Source of the DNA: Pseudomonadota bacterium
GTDB taxonomy: Bacteria; Campylobacterota; Campylobacteria; Campylobacterales; Sulfurimonadaceae
Reading direction: 5' to 3'
NCBI GenBank assembly: GCA_043797085.1
Contig: JAZDQA010000004.1
Location: 32,001-96,000, forward strand
Length of the DNA stretch: 64,000 bases
Shown here: in pieces, positions 28,391 to 38,229 of the stretch
Layout: every line of letters starts with the position of its first letter
Position numbering within the stretch: position 1 is the first letter of the stretch
Notes under the pieces: generated by a model
The model's input: the letters and a program-made list of their open reading frames with translations, nothing else
What the model was told of the DNA's origin: nothing
The model's database searches: none
Program-made: the position numbers and the translations under genes

Positions 28391-30315
28391 ATCGTGCTAC
28401 GCTTGAACATTTATTGACATTTCCAAAAGTACCAAAATTTGCGACTGAAAATTTTAATGAGCATTTTATCCAAGCAGATAAAGTTATGCTCGTATTGCTG
28501 GCCATACATTGGTTTATAGCAATTTTTATTACGTCTATTAGTTACGATACTTATAAATATGGCTTATTAAGTGGAGGTCTTATACTGCTTCCCCTTTTAG
28601 TTGCATACCGTTATTTTAGCGGTACACAGGTGATGCGTGCTCTTGTTGCAGTAGGTCTAATGTTGTTTTCACTGGTATTTATACAACAGCATCTTGGTCG
28701 TATTGAGATGCACTTTCATGTTTTTATTGCCATGGCGATGCTCACACTTTATAAAGATATTATTCCGGTTTTTGTAGCAGCAGCGACTACGATTGTTCAC
28801 CATATTGTTTTCAACTATCTTCAGTTGTATGAAGTATCATTATTCGATATGCCTGTGATGATTTTTAATTACGGATGCGGTTTTGATATTGTCTTGTTGC
28901 ATGCTGTTTTTGTGATAGCAGAAGCATTTGTGCTGGGTTACATTATAAAATTGCAAATAGAATATGCTGTGGAACTCAACCGATCTGAAAATGAGATCTC
29001 AGGACTTAATAAAAACCTTAGTTATACTTCTTTGCATGATTCATTGACAGGTCTCGCCAATCGTCAAAGCTTGTATTCACAATTAACTTTGATGGTAGAC
29101 AATGCCAATCGGTATAAAATAAAATTTGCTGTTTTATTTTTAGATTTGGACCATTTTAAAAATATTAACGATACTCTTGGTCATAATGTAGGTGATACTC
29201 TCCTTAAAGCAGTCTCCAAAAAATTAACGTCTATTGTACGAGGAAATGATGTGGTCTCACGCATTGGCGGAGATGAGTTTATTGTTATCGTAAATGATGT
29301 AAATAACCATGCTTCACTTGAACAGGTTATTGTCAAAATTTTGGAAGCATTTAGAACGGAATGGATTATCAAAGGGCATATCCTGAGATTATCGACAAGT
29401 ATTGGAGTAGCAATCTATCCGGATGATTCGCATGATATCAATGAATTAATGAAGTACGCAGATATCGCCATGTACAAATCAAAAGCAGAAGGACGTGATC
29501 AATTTAGTTTTTTTACTACCGAATTGAATCATCAAATTCATGAAGAAGTCAACATTGCTAATGATATGCAGCGTGCATTGAAAAAAGAAGAATTTGTTTT
29601 GTTTTATCAGCCGAAGATTGAAATTGAAACAGGTAAAATTATTGGTTCAGAAGCATTGATTCGTTGGAAACATCCGAAAAAAGGGCTTATTTCTCCCATT
29701 AGTTTTATACCCATTGCTGAAAATACCGGTTTTATTTTGAGTTTAGGGACGTGGGTTATCAATGAAACGGTTAAAATGATTAGGCGGATGGAAAATGCAG
29801 GATTTAATGATGTGCATGTTTCGTGTAATGTTTCAACCCGTCAGTTCCAAAACGTTAACCTCTATGCTGATATTGAATACGCCATGCAAACAAACGGGAT
29901 AAATCCTACACTCTTTGCGATTGAAATTACAGAAAGTATCATGATGGAATATCTGGAGACAACACTTGACGTACTTAAAAAGATAAAAACACTCGGAATT
30001 CATATTTGTATGGATGATTTTGGTACTGGGTATTCTTCACTTTCCTATTTGCGTAAATTCCCGATTGATTCACTGAAAATTGACAAAAGTTTTGTGGATG
30101 ATATTACAGAAGGTTCTGACAATGAGCATATTTTGATTAATACCATTATCGCTATGGGACAAACACTAAATCTTCATGTTATTGCAGAAGGGGTCGAAAA
30201 GGAGTATCAAATGGAATATTTACGTGAAAAAGGGTGTGCCTACTATCAAGGATATTATTTCTCTAAGCCTGTTCCGGAAGATGAATTTTTTATATTACTT
30301 GAAAAAAATCGTTGA
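28387..30315 (+). CDS. Membrane-anchored diguanylate cyclase/phosphodiesterase (His-rich TM sensor + GGDEF + EAL)
   Basis: TM domain with EMHFHVF, VHH and LLHA; intact GGDEF; EAL..DDFGTGYSS..AEGVE. Confidence 0.93.
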   Translation: MNRATLEHLLTFPKVPKFATENFNEHFIQADKVMLVLLAIHWFIAIFITSISYDTYKYGLLSGGLILLPLLVAYRYFSGTQVMRALVAVGLMLFSLVFIQQHLGRIEMHFHVFIAMAMLTLYKDIIPVFVAAATTIVHHIVFNYLQLYEVSLFDMPVMIFNYGCGFDIVLLHAVFVIAEAFVLGYIIKLQIEYAVELNRSENEISGLNKNLSYTSLHDSLTGLANRQSLYSQLTLMVDNANRYKIKFAVLFLDLDHFKNINDTLGHNVGDTLLKAVSKKLTSIVRGNDVVSRIGGDEFIVIVNDVNNHASLEQVIVKILEAFRTEWIIKGHILRLSTSIGVAIYPDDSHDINELMKYADIAMYKSKAEGRDQFSFFTTELNHQIHEEVNIANDMQRALKKEEFVLFYQPKIEIETGKIIGSEALIRWKHPKKGLISPISFIPIAENTGFILSLGTWVINETVKMIRRMENAGFNDVHVSCNVSTRQFQNVNLYADIEYAMQTNGINPTLFAIEITESIMMEYLETTLDVLKKIKTLGIHICMDDFGTGYSSLSYLRKFPIDSLKIDKSFVDDITEGSDNEHILINTIIAMGQTLNLHVIAEGVEKEYQMEYLREKGCAYYQGYYFSKPVPEDEFFILLEKNR

Positions 30316-30364
30316 TTCAACTATCGCAGAAGCCCGCTCTAATTCAATTTTTCCTATAATGTCA

Positions 30365-30691
30365 CAGGTACACAGGTGATAGCTTGAGCATGTCTCAAGA
30401 GGAAAGTCCGGGCTGCTGTAGGACACGGTTCCATCTAACTGATGGCCACGGTAACGTGAGGGACAGTGCAACAGAGAGTAGACCGCCACATATTCGTATG
30501 GGGTGAGGGTGAAACGGCGGGGTAAGAGCCCACCAGTCTCATAGGTAACTATGAGAGCTATGTAAACCCAACCGCGCAGCAAGAAACAGATGGTTAGCGT
30601 CCTACATTGCTATTGTTTCGCTAGAGGTCATGAGTGATCATGGCAGTAGATTAATTATCACTTCATCCAGAACCCGGCTTATGTGTACCTG
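30365..30691 (+). ncRNA. rnpB: RNase P RNA
   Basis: GAGGAAAGTCCGGGC, AGTGCAACAGAGAG, GGTGAAACGGCGGGGTAAGAGC, CAGAACCCGGCTTAT; P1 stem CAGGTACACA/TGTGTACCTG; TATAAT at 30355-30360. Confidence 0.97.
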
Positions 30692-30713
30692 CTTACCTTC
30701 AAGAATGTAGAGT

Positions 30714-30854
30714 TTATCTCTTACTCCATTTTGCATCTTTGGAATTTTCACCCCATTCTCTTTTATTCCAGAACACATAATCAATTGTTACTGCTGCTAA
30801 AAACAGCATACCTAAAATAAAAATCTCGCATTCAACGCAATCTTGAAAAAACAT
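30714..30854 (-). CDS. Small single-TM protein (46 aa) with CxxC
   Basis: AAGGAG RBS; MFFQDCVECEIFILGMLFLAAVTIDYVFWNKREWG... Confidence 0.6.
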   Translation of the reverse strand: MFFQDCVECEIFILGMLFLAAVTIDYVFWNKREWGENSKDAKWSKR

Positions 30855-31181
30855 CTTTTCTCCTTCTTCAGCAGTGATTCGGTCGACGGCATAGGATGGG
30901 ATCACATTTTTCCTTTGCTTCTACGTCCGTCACGACTTGATATATTCGTAAATACACCCATTTGCCACGTATGAGTCCAACATAAACCCATTAACCGATT
31001 GGGATGTCTAACATTTTAATTCTTTAATATGATTTTTTTATGTAGTTTATGTTAGGAATAGTAAAATAGACTCTATTCTGTTTCGTCTAATGTGTCACAT
31101 CTCCACGATTAAGAGAGTTGATAAAGTATATATTGGGATAAATGTGTGGTAAGTCCCCAAATGAATGGGGAGAAGGAGAAA

Positions 31182-32063
31182 TTAAATAAAATTAACTTTG
31201 GTAACGTGGTGATTGAGTCCTAGCTCGGCTGGAGTACATCCTAGTGCAAGACCTATCATCTGCTGCATATGAAGGACAGGAAGAGAGACGTCACGACCAA
31301 TAGCAACGGATGCATGGTGGGTTTGGGTATCAAGTTTAAGGTGGCAAAGAGGACATGGCGTAACCATCCAATCCGCATTGGCATCCATAGCACCTGCTAC
31401 TGCATTTCCGGTTAGAACAGCAGCCGTATGAGGTGCTTGAAGCTCAGCATGGAAACCGCAACATTTGTTTTTCTCAACATAATCAACATTCTTACCGCCA
31501 CATGCGATGATAAGATCATCGAGCGATGTTGGGGTATAAGGATTTTCGTGACCTTTATGAGTCTCATTTTGAAGCTCTGAGGGACGAATGTTGTGACAAC
31601 CGTAAAACGGTGCAATGTTAAATTGGCTTAAAGGTTTTACAACCATTTCTTTAATCTTATCTAAACCAAAATCGTCGATGATAGCATACAAGAAGTGAGT
31701 AATCAGTGAAGTACCTTTGTACTCCAAACCAACTTCTGCAAGTTTTTCATTGACTTTTGCTTTTAGTTCTGCATTTTGGTCAAGTCTATGTTTTGTCATC
31801 GCCGTGTTGAGCTGACAAGTATTACAGATAGTAACCATTGTTAGACCATGCATTTCAGCATAAGCAATATTCCGTGCATTTAAAACTAAAGATAAAAAGT
31901 CATCATAATCTTGCAAGTGTGAAGCGCCACAACATGAAGCTTCAGTAAGTTCTATGAGTTCTATTCCAAGTTTCTTTGCAACTGCCAGTGTAGACATCAT
32001 CTGCTCGGGAGTACTCTCTTTAGCAGTACAACCGGTAAAAAGTGCGTATTTTAATTCTTTCAT
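31182..32063 (-). CDS. sdhE: CCG-domain (HdrB-like) subunit of type E succinate dehydrogenase/fumarate reductase
   Basis: FTGC..SCCG..ICNTC and FYGC..KCCG..TPCPLC double CCG domain. Confidence 0.88.
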   Translation of the reverse strand: MKELKYALFTGCTAKESTPEQMMSTLAVAKKLGIELIELTEASCCGASHLQDYDDFLSLVLNARNIAYAEMHGLTMVTICNTCQLNTAMTKHRLDQNAELKAKVNEKLAEVGLEYKGTSLITHFLYAIIDDFGLDKIKEMVVKPLSQFNIAPFYGCHNIRPSELQNETHKGHENPYTPTSLDDLIIACGGKNVDYVEKNKCCGFHAELQAPHTAAVLTGNAVAGAMDANADWMVTPCPLCHLKLDTQTHHASVAIGRDVSLPVLHMQQMIGLALGCTPAELGLNHHVTKVNFI

Positions 32064-32076
32064 TGCGTATAACTCC

Positions 32077-33060
32077 CTAAAACTTTACTGTTGATGACGA
32101 CTTGATAAGCTTTTGGATCTCGTCTAACTTATCTGATTTTGGCATATTCCATGGCAGAATAATCTTACCTTTAGTAAACATTTTGAGTGCAACTGGAACG
32201 TGTTTAAGAACACCGATATTCCCTTCAGAATAACGTACAAGCTCTCCTTCATCCAAAAGACCATGTTTGGCGATAGAGTGCGCAAAACCAACAGCGTGAC
32301 GTGTTGCAACATTGTTCTTAGCGATATTGGCTTCAAAAATCATGTTGTGAAGTTTCGTTATTTTTTCAATTGGATTGACATCTTTTGGACAAGCTTCCGC
32401 ACATTCCATACATTTGACACAATCCCAAACACCGCTTGCTTCTTCATTTACAATATGAAGACGCTCAAGCGCTGATTCGTCACGTACATCCGCAGAGAAA
32501 CGATACGCTGCAGCAAAAGCAGCAGGTCCTATAAATTGCTCATTAATGGCAAGAGCAGGGCAAGAGTAATGGCATGCTCCACATTGGATACAATAATCCG
32601 CTTCCAATAGCTTTTCGGCATCATGCGGGCTAACAAGGTGTTCTGACTGAGGAGTTTCTTCAATTTCACCGGTCAAAAATGGTTTTACTTCAGCGTGTTT
32701 TTCCCAAAAGTCTTTTTTATCAATAATCAAATCTTTGATGGCACGTTTGGTACTGAGCGGCTCAATAACAAGCTCTGCACCAAAGATATTGATAAGATCA
32801 AAAAGACGTGATTTACATGCTAAAATAGCTTTTCCGTTGACTTTAATCGAACAAACACCGCAGATACCGTGGCGACAGCTTCGGCGATACGACAAGCTTC
32901 CGTCATGATCCCATTTGATACGATTTAAAATGTCTAAAACAACCTCTTCGTGAGTAACGTCCAGAGTATAGGTATTATAATAAGGGAGGTAATCGGTCTC
33001 TTCGTTGAAACGAAAGACTTTAAACGTTACCTTTTGTGATGTTAATGCATCCATAGTCAT
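32077..33060 (-). CDS. sdhB: Succinate dehydrogenase/fumarate reductase Fe-S subunit
   Basis: SCRHGICGVC, CIQCGACHYSCP, CVKCMECAEACP. Start is at 33060 or 33054. Confidence 0.92.
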   Translation of the reverse strand: MTMDALTSQKVTFKVFRFNEETDYLPYYNTYTLDVTHEEVVLDILNRIKWDHDGSLSYRRSCRHGICGVCSIKVNGKAILACKSRLFDLINIFGAELVIEPLSTKRAIKDLIIDKKDFWEKHAEVKPFLTGEIEETPQSEHLVSPHDAEKLLEADYCIQCGACHYSCPALAINEQFIGPAAFAAAYRFSADVRDESALERLHIVNEEASGVWDCVKCMECAEACPKDVNPIEKITKLHNMIFEANIAKNNVATRHAVGFAHSIAKHGLLDEGELVRYSEGNIGVLKHVPVALKMFTKGKIILPWNMPKSDKLDEIQKLIKSSSTVKF

Positions 33061-33064
33061 ATCC

Positions 33065-34777
33065 TTAGTAAGATCTAGCTTTGAGTTCATGACGACCGAG
33101 GGTAACGTCCATGTAATCAAGAGTAAGTGCGCCGTTTTCATCCATGTATGCCATGGTGTGTTTTAAGAATTTTTCGTCATCACGAGTTGGGAAATCTTCA
33201 CGGAAGTGTGCTCCGCGACTTTCTTGACGTGCAAGACCGCTAGCAACAATAAAGAGTGAATAATCTAACATGTGTCCAAATTCGATTGCTTCTTGAAGTT
33301 CGGTATTGAAAATTTTTGATTTATCTTTGATACTAATATTTTTATAGCGTTTACGTAATTCTTCGAGTATTTCCATTTGAGCGGTTAATGTCTCAGCGGT
33401 ACGGAAAACACCTGCATTATCGGTCATTGAGCTTTGAAGCTCATCGCGCAATACAGCGACGGATTCTTGACCATGATTGGTAAGCACCCAGTTGAGCTCA
33501 CTATTCATACGTGCTGCATCGTCTGAAGTTGCTTCATGCAGTTTGATACCATCGACTTCATCTACCATTGTTTTACCGACAAAACGACCAAACAGCAATG
33601 CTTCAAGTACTGAGTTTGCACCCAAACGATTGGCTCCATGAACACTTGAACATGAACATTCACCCGCAGCATAAAAACCTTCTACAAATTCGGTATTATT
33701 TTTACGAACGTGCCCGAGTTTATCCATCGGTATTCCACCCATGGAGTAGTGAGCGGTAGCAGAAATCAAAATAGGTTCTTTGATCATATCAAGACCCAAG
33801 AAAGTAATCGCAAGGTCACGAAGCTCAGGAAGACGTTCCATAATTTTTTCTTTACCCAAATGGACAAGATCGATGAAAACAGCATCTTTACGTGGTCCTA
33901 CTCCGCGTCCTTCACGGATCTCTTGGATAATAGCGCGGGCAACAACGTCACGAGATGCAAGTTCCATAGCGTTTGGTGCATATTTTTCCATAAAGCGTTC
34001 GCCCAGTGAATTGAGAAGTTTCCCACCCTCACCACGAGCAGCTTCAGAAATCAATACGCCGTTTCCGGATAATCCCGATGGGTGAAACTGAACGAACTCC
34101 ATGTCTTCAAGAGGAAGACCATGACGAGCGACCAATGATAAGCCATCACCGGTATTGGCATGAGCATTAGAATTGATTTTGAAAGCACGTGCGTATCCGC
34201 CGGTTGCAAACATGACAGCTTTGGCATTAAAAATCGCTTTTTCACTGTTTCGGATATTGTAAGCACTTACTCCATATACCTTCCCATCGGTATAAAGGAG
34301 ATCAGCAACGTACCACTCATCCCAAAACTCTACACCCTCACGGAATGCTTGTTCATAAATAGTTTGAAGAAGAGTGAGACCTGTGCGGTCTTTGGCAAAA
34401 CAAGCACGCGGTGAAGATTGTCCGCCAAAAGGACGTTGAGCAATCGTACCGTCTTCATTACGGCTAAATGCCGCACCCATTCTCTCAACCCAGCGGATGG
34501 TTTCTGGAGCTCTTTGACACATAAATTCAACAACATCTTGGTCGGCCAGATAATCTGACCCCTTTACCGTATCAAATTCATGCAGTTCAACACTGTCTGC
34601 ATCACTAAAAGCAGCATTGATACCGCCTTGTGCAGCACCTGAATGTGAACGCAACGGGTGAAGCTTGGTGATAACAGCTACTTTTTTGCCAGCTTTTTGC
34701 AATTCACGGGCTGCAGCACATCCGGCTAATCCAGCGCCGACGATAATTGCATCATACGTATGAACGGGAATACTCAT
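33065..34777 (-). CDS. sdhA: Succinate dehydrogenase/fumarate reductase flavoprotein subunit
   Basis: VGAGLAG, RSHSGAAQGG, QFHPSG, SEAARGEGG, HYSMGGI, HGANRLGANS; no Tat signal. Confidence 0.95.
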   Translation of the reverse strand: MSIPVHTYDAIIVGAGLAGCAAARELQKAGKKVAVITKLHPLRSHSGAAQGGINAAFSDADSVELHEFDTVKGSDYLADQDVVEFMCQRAPETIRWVERMGAAFSRNEDGTIAQRPFGGQSSPRACFAKDRTGLTLLQTIYEQAFREGVEFWDEWYVADLLYTDGKVYGVSAYNIRNSEKAIFNAKAVMFATGGYARAFKINSNAHANTGDGLSLVARHGLPLEDMEFVQFHPSGLSGNGVLISEAARGEGGKLLNSLGERFMEKYAPNAMELASRDVVARAIIQEIREGRGVGPRKDAVFIDLVHLGKEKIMERLPELRDLAITFLGLDMIKEPILISATAHYSMGGIPMDKLGHVRKNNTEFVEGFYAAGECSCSSVHGANRLGANSVLEALLFGRFVGKTMVDEVDGIKLHEATSDDAARMNSELNWVLTNHGQESVAVLRDELQSSMTDNAGVFRTAETLTAQMEILEELRKRYKNISIKDKSKIFNTELQEAIEFGHMLDYSLFIVASGLARQESRGAHFREDFPTRDDEKFLKHTMAYMDENGALTLDYMDVTLGRHELKARSY

Positions 34778-34934
34778 ACACCATCCTTATATAGAATATT
34801 TTCGAATACCAAATTGGCATAAGTTGCCATGATTATAGCGTTCTAACTCTTGCGTACAATTAAAAGGCAAAAGAGTAACACATAGAAAAATTATGAGAGA
34901 TTAAGTGTCCATAAATGTAACATATAAGAGAAAG

Positions 34935-36125
34935 TTAACGGAACTTATCTGCTTTATCTCGGAGTTGTGCAATGCGATTTCCACCGGACTCTTTTGCTTT
35001 TTCGACCAATTTTGCAACATCCGGTAATGATTCTTCAAGAGTTTTAGCTGGGATTTTTAGACTTATACCACCGCTTAGCGTGATTTTTTCTATCCCTTGT
35101 TGCGTTGTAAAAATAGAATCTTTAACTGACTGAACGATATTTTCTGCTTCTGAAAGTGCTATATCCTTGGAATTACGCGCCATGATAAAAGCAAAACGGT
35201 TATCATCAAGATGAGCAATAACGTCTAATGGCTGCTCGTACATCGTAAAAATATCGGCTAATTTTTTATAAAGCGTTCCTAAATCTTCCTTCGATAATTT
35301 TGCCTCTAATTCTTTATATTGATCAATTTCAAATAAAACAATAAAGAGTGATCCCATCGTTTTTGTATTGCGTTTAAGATTAAAAATGGTATTCATCCCT
35401 TTTTGATTGTTAAGTCCGCTTTGCGGATCCAAAAGTGTTGGATTAGTATTGACAACAGGCATCTTCCGAGCAAGACGTTTTATAATAAAATCAACTTCTT
35501 CGGTAACGGTTTCATGTTGTATTCCTTCATCCACAGAAGATGCTTTTTTAATATCACGATAAATTTGATTTAAGCGCCATCTATAGAAGAAAAAAGTCAT
35601 CAGTCCAAGTACTGAAATAATTAATACTGTGATTTTGGCTATCCATACTGATTCATTAATAAGACTTATTTGATAATCAATCATATTGTCTATGTCCATA
35701 GAATAAAGATTTCGTTGAAAAATCATACGATCATACATGGCGCTTCTGGAAACGGGCATGGATTCCAGCCAAAACAATGCTGATTCTTGAAACTTAGAAG
35801 AGGTAGAAACCAAGGCTTGGTGCAATGATTTTTCTTTTTCGTCGGATGTTAAAAGAAAATTTAAAAATATTTCTTTGTTCGCCAGTTTGGTAAATAATGC
35901 CAGTTCCGCAATATTACCATTGATGGTGATGGTAGCCATATCAAAATCATGAAGATTAGTGGATGTGATTTTTTTAATCAGTATATGTTGATTTTTCAGA
36001 GCATCTAGACGCTCTGAAAATTTGGAAATAGTAACAAGAATTATCGCCAGTAAGATTATCCCGCTTCCTAAAACAAAAAGGGACAACTTAAGATTAAAAA
36101 AGATTTGTCGAATAGAGAGTTTCAT
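34935..36125 (-). CDS. Membrane protein with degenerate GGDEF domain
   Basis: Two TM segments and a C-terminal GGDEF-like fold (DPQSGLNN, FEID, TLSGGIS, AKESGGNR); the active site is replaced by LDDNRF. Confidence 0.8.
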   Translation of the reverse strand: MKLSIRQIFFNLKLSLFVLGSGIILLAIILVTISKFSERLDALKNQHILIKKITSTNLHDFDMATITINGNIAELALFTKLANKEIFLNFLLTSDEKEKSLHQALVSTSSKFQESALFWLESMPVSRSAMYDRMIFQRNLYSMDIDNMIDYQISLINESVWIAKITVLIISVLGLMTFFFYRWRLNQIYRDIKKASSVDEGIQHETVTEEVDFIIKRLARKMPVVNTNPTLLDPQSGLNNQKGMNTIFNLKRNTKTMGSLFIVLFEIDQYKELEAKLSKEDLGTLYKKLADIFTMYEQPLDVIAHLDDNRFAFIMARNSKDIALSEAENIVQSVKDSIFTTQQGIEKITLSGGISLKIPAKTLEESLPDVAKLVEKAKESGGNRIAQLRDKADKFR

Positions 36126-36145
36126 CTAAAAGCCTTATATAATAA

Positions 36146-36197
36146 TTTATCACATTAAACAAGAATTTTATCACATTAAGTAGGTATTTTATCATAT
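36146..36197. promoter_or_regulatory. Three direct repeats TTTATCA(C/T)AT with 21-bp period in a divergent promoter
   Basis: Repeats start at 36146, 36167 and 36188; the first two are identical 13-mers TTTATCACATTAA. Confidence 0.6.
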
Positions 36198-36296
36198 ATT
36201 TATATTTTACCGTCTAAAAAGATCCTTTAACCCACGCATAACATCAAATAGTTTATAATTCTTTTTTACATTCAAACGCATACATTTAGGTTACTC

Positions 36297-37121
36297 GTGA
36301 ACATTGAAAACCACTTTATTACTCTGATGAGTCAAAAAAAATCGCGCATAGGTGACGATGGTGCCGTAGTAGGAGAATGGATTTTCAGTAAAGATATTTT
36401 TTTTGAAAATGTCCACTTTAAGCGCCAATGGCTCACGTACTATCAAATTGGCTACAAAGCAATGATCATTAATATCTCCGACGCCATTGCTATGAATGCG
36501 CAGCCAATGTACGCTTTGGTAGGTGCCGCAATGCCTAAGCATGTTAGTTTGTATGATATGAGTGAGCTTGCTCGCGGTATGAGAGAATGTGCTTTTGAAT
36601 ATGGAGTGGAGATAATCGGTGGTGATACGATTAGTAACACCAAATTGGATTTGTCAATTACAATTATTTCAAAAAGTACAAATCCTCTTAAGCGAGTGGG
36701 TTTAAAGGTAGGGGATCTCCTCGCACATACGGGGAATCTCGGTTCGTCACTGCGTCATTTGCGTTATTTAATGGCGGGTGGGGTTGTTAATACCAAGAGC
36801 CGATTTGTTCGTCCTCGTTTACGTGGTCAATTTATCCAAAAAGGGCGTCCTTATTTGCGTTGCGGAATGGATATTTCCGACGGTCTCTTTAGCGACTCAC
36901 AAAAACTGTGTTCCGTTAATCGTCTTGGAATACGATGGAGTAAGCGTCCGGATAAAAACATAGGATGCAGTGGAGAAGAGTATGAGATGCTGTTTGCCTT
37001 TCATCCACGACACACACAGAAATTGAAAAGAATTTCAAAACTAACACGAACACCGATACACATCATAGGAACCGCAAAGCGGGGAAAAATGATTAATCGC
37101 TGTAAATCACATCATTTTTAG
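36297..37121 (+). CDS. thiL: Thiamine-monophosphate kinase
   Basis: IGDDGAV, NISDAIAMNA, IGGDT, MDISDGL, GEEYEMLF. Confidence 0.93.
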   Translation: MNIENHFITLMSQKKSRIGDDGAVVGEWIFSKDIFFENVHFKRQWLTYYQIGYKAMIINISDAIAMNAQPMYALVGAAMPKHVSLYDMSELARGMRECAFEYGVEIIGGDTISNTKLDLSITIISKSTNPLKRVGLKVGDLLAHTGNLGSSLRHLRYLMAGGVVNTKSRFVRPRLRGQFIQKGRPYLRCGMDISDGLFSDSQKLCSVNRLGIRWSKRPDKNIGCSGEEYEMLFAFHPRHTQKLKRISKLTRTPIHIIGTAKRGKMINRCKSHHF

Positions 37122-37131
37122 GAAGTATTTC

Positions 37132-38229
37132 ATGGAACGCCAATATTATCTCCCACACAGTGTCATCGAATTTCATTTTCGCCAATCCGCTCGTGATTTC
37201 GTTGTTGACGAAATACCGTTGTATCCTTTTAGCGGGGAGGGTGAGCATTTAGTCTTGCACGTACGCAAAAAAAACCTCTCTACATGGCAGATGGTGGATA
37301 TTTTCAGTAATCATTTAGGGATTAAAAGCCGTGACATCGGGTATGCCGGACTAAAAGACAAAAACGCCCAAACCAAACAATACATTTCAATCCCAAAAAA
37401 ATATGAGCCAATGTTGGAAAACTTCGAGCATGAGGGGATTAAGATTCTCGAAAAGCAGTATCACAACAATAAAATTCGTATTGGACATCTCAAAGGAAAT
37501 CGATTTTTTGTCCGTCTTAAAAAAGTCAATCCTACCTCCGCTATGAAAATCCAAGAAGCCCTTAAATCAATTAAGAAAAACGGAATGCCAAACTATTTTG
37601 GATTTCAGCGTTTCGGATTGGATGGTGAAAACTATAAAAAAGGGCAAGCGATTTTAGACGGTACTCTTAAAGAGAAAAATAGAAAGTTAAATCAATTTTA
37701 TATTAACTCATATCAAAGCTATCTCTTTAATGCGTGGCTTGCTCGTCGTATTGAGATATCAAAACTGGTTGAGAGTTTTAAAGTGGAAGAATTATCCACT
37801 GTTTTGACTCTTCCAAAAGAAGAAATAGTATCAATGAAAGCCCAAAAACATCCATTCAAACTCATACATGGCGATGTATTGATGCATTATCCTTACGGTA
37901 AATTGTTCCATTATGAGAGCGAAGATGAGATTGAGCGCTTTAATAAACATGATATTTCGGTAAGTGGATTGCTTAGCGGTAAGCGGGCAACACGAGCAGT
38001 TGGCTTGGCACAAGAAATCGAACAGGAGTTTGACACCATCACAACAGGCATTGACGGTGCACGTCGCTATGGATGGGTCTATCCAGAGGAAGTTGAGGGA
38101 CAATACAAAGAAAATGAGGCATGGTTTGAGCTTCATTTTACCCTGCCAAAGGGATGTTATGCCACGGTATTGATTGAAGAGATTGCTAAGCGAGAAATTA
38201 ACAGCGATGAAAGTCAGGAAGAAGAATGA
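37132..38229 (+). CDS. truD: tRNA pseudouridine(13) synthase
   Basis: YAGLKDKNA, GHLKGNRF, PNYFGFQRFG, FTLPKGCYAT. Confidence 0.96.
   Translation: MERQYYLPHSVIEFHFRQSARDFVVDEIPLYPFSGEGEHLVLHVRKKNLSTWQMVDIFSNHLGIKSRDIGYAGLKDKNAQTKQYISIPKKYEPMLENFEHEGIKILEKQYHNNKIRIGHLKGNRFFVRLKKVNPTSAMKIQEALKSIKKNGMPNYFGFQRFGLDGENYKKGQAILDGTLKEKNRKLNQFYINSYQSYLFNAWLARRIEISKLVESFKVEELSTVLTLPKEEIVSMKAQKHPFKLIHGDVLMHYPYGKLFHYESEDEIERFNKHDISVSGLLSGKRATRAVGLAQEIEQEFDTITTGIDGARRYGWVYPEEVEGQYKENEAWFELHFTLPKGCYATVLIEEIAKREINSDESQEEE

Noticed and set aside
30295..30582. 95-aa minus-strand ORF (and 30176-30379 plus-strand ORF)
   Set aside because: These are shadows of the RNase P RNA gene and the EAL gene end.
36146..36197. 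CRISPR array or oriC
   Set aside because: The units are only 21 bp with 8-bp spacers, there are no cas genes, dnaA is not nearby and the boxes are non-canonical.
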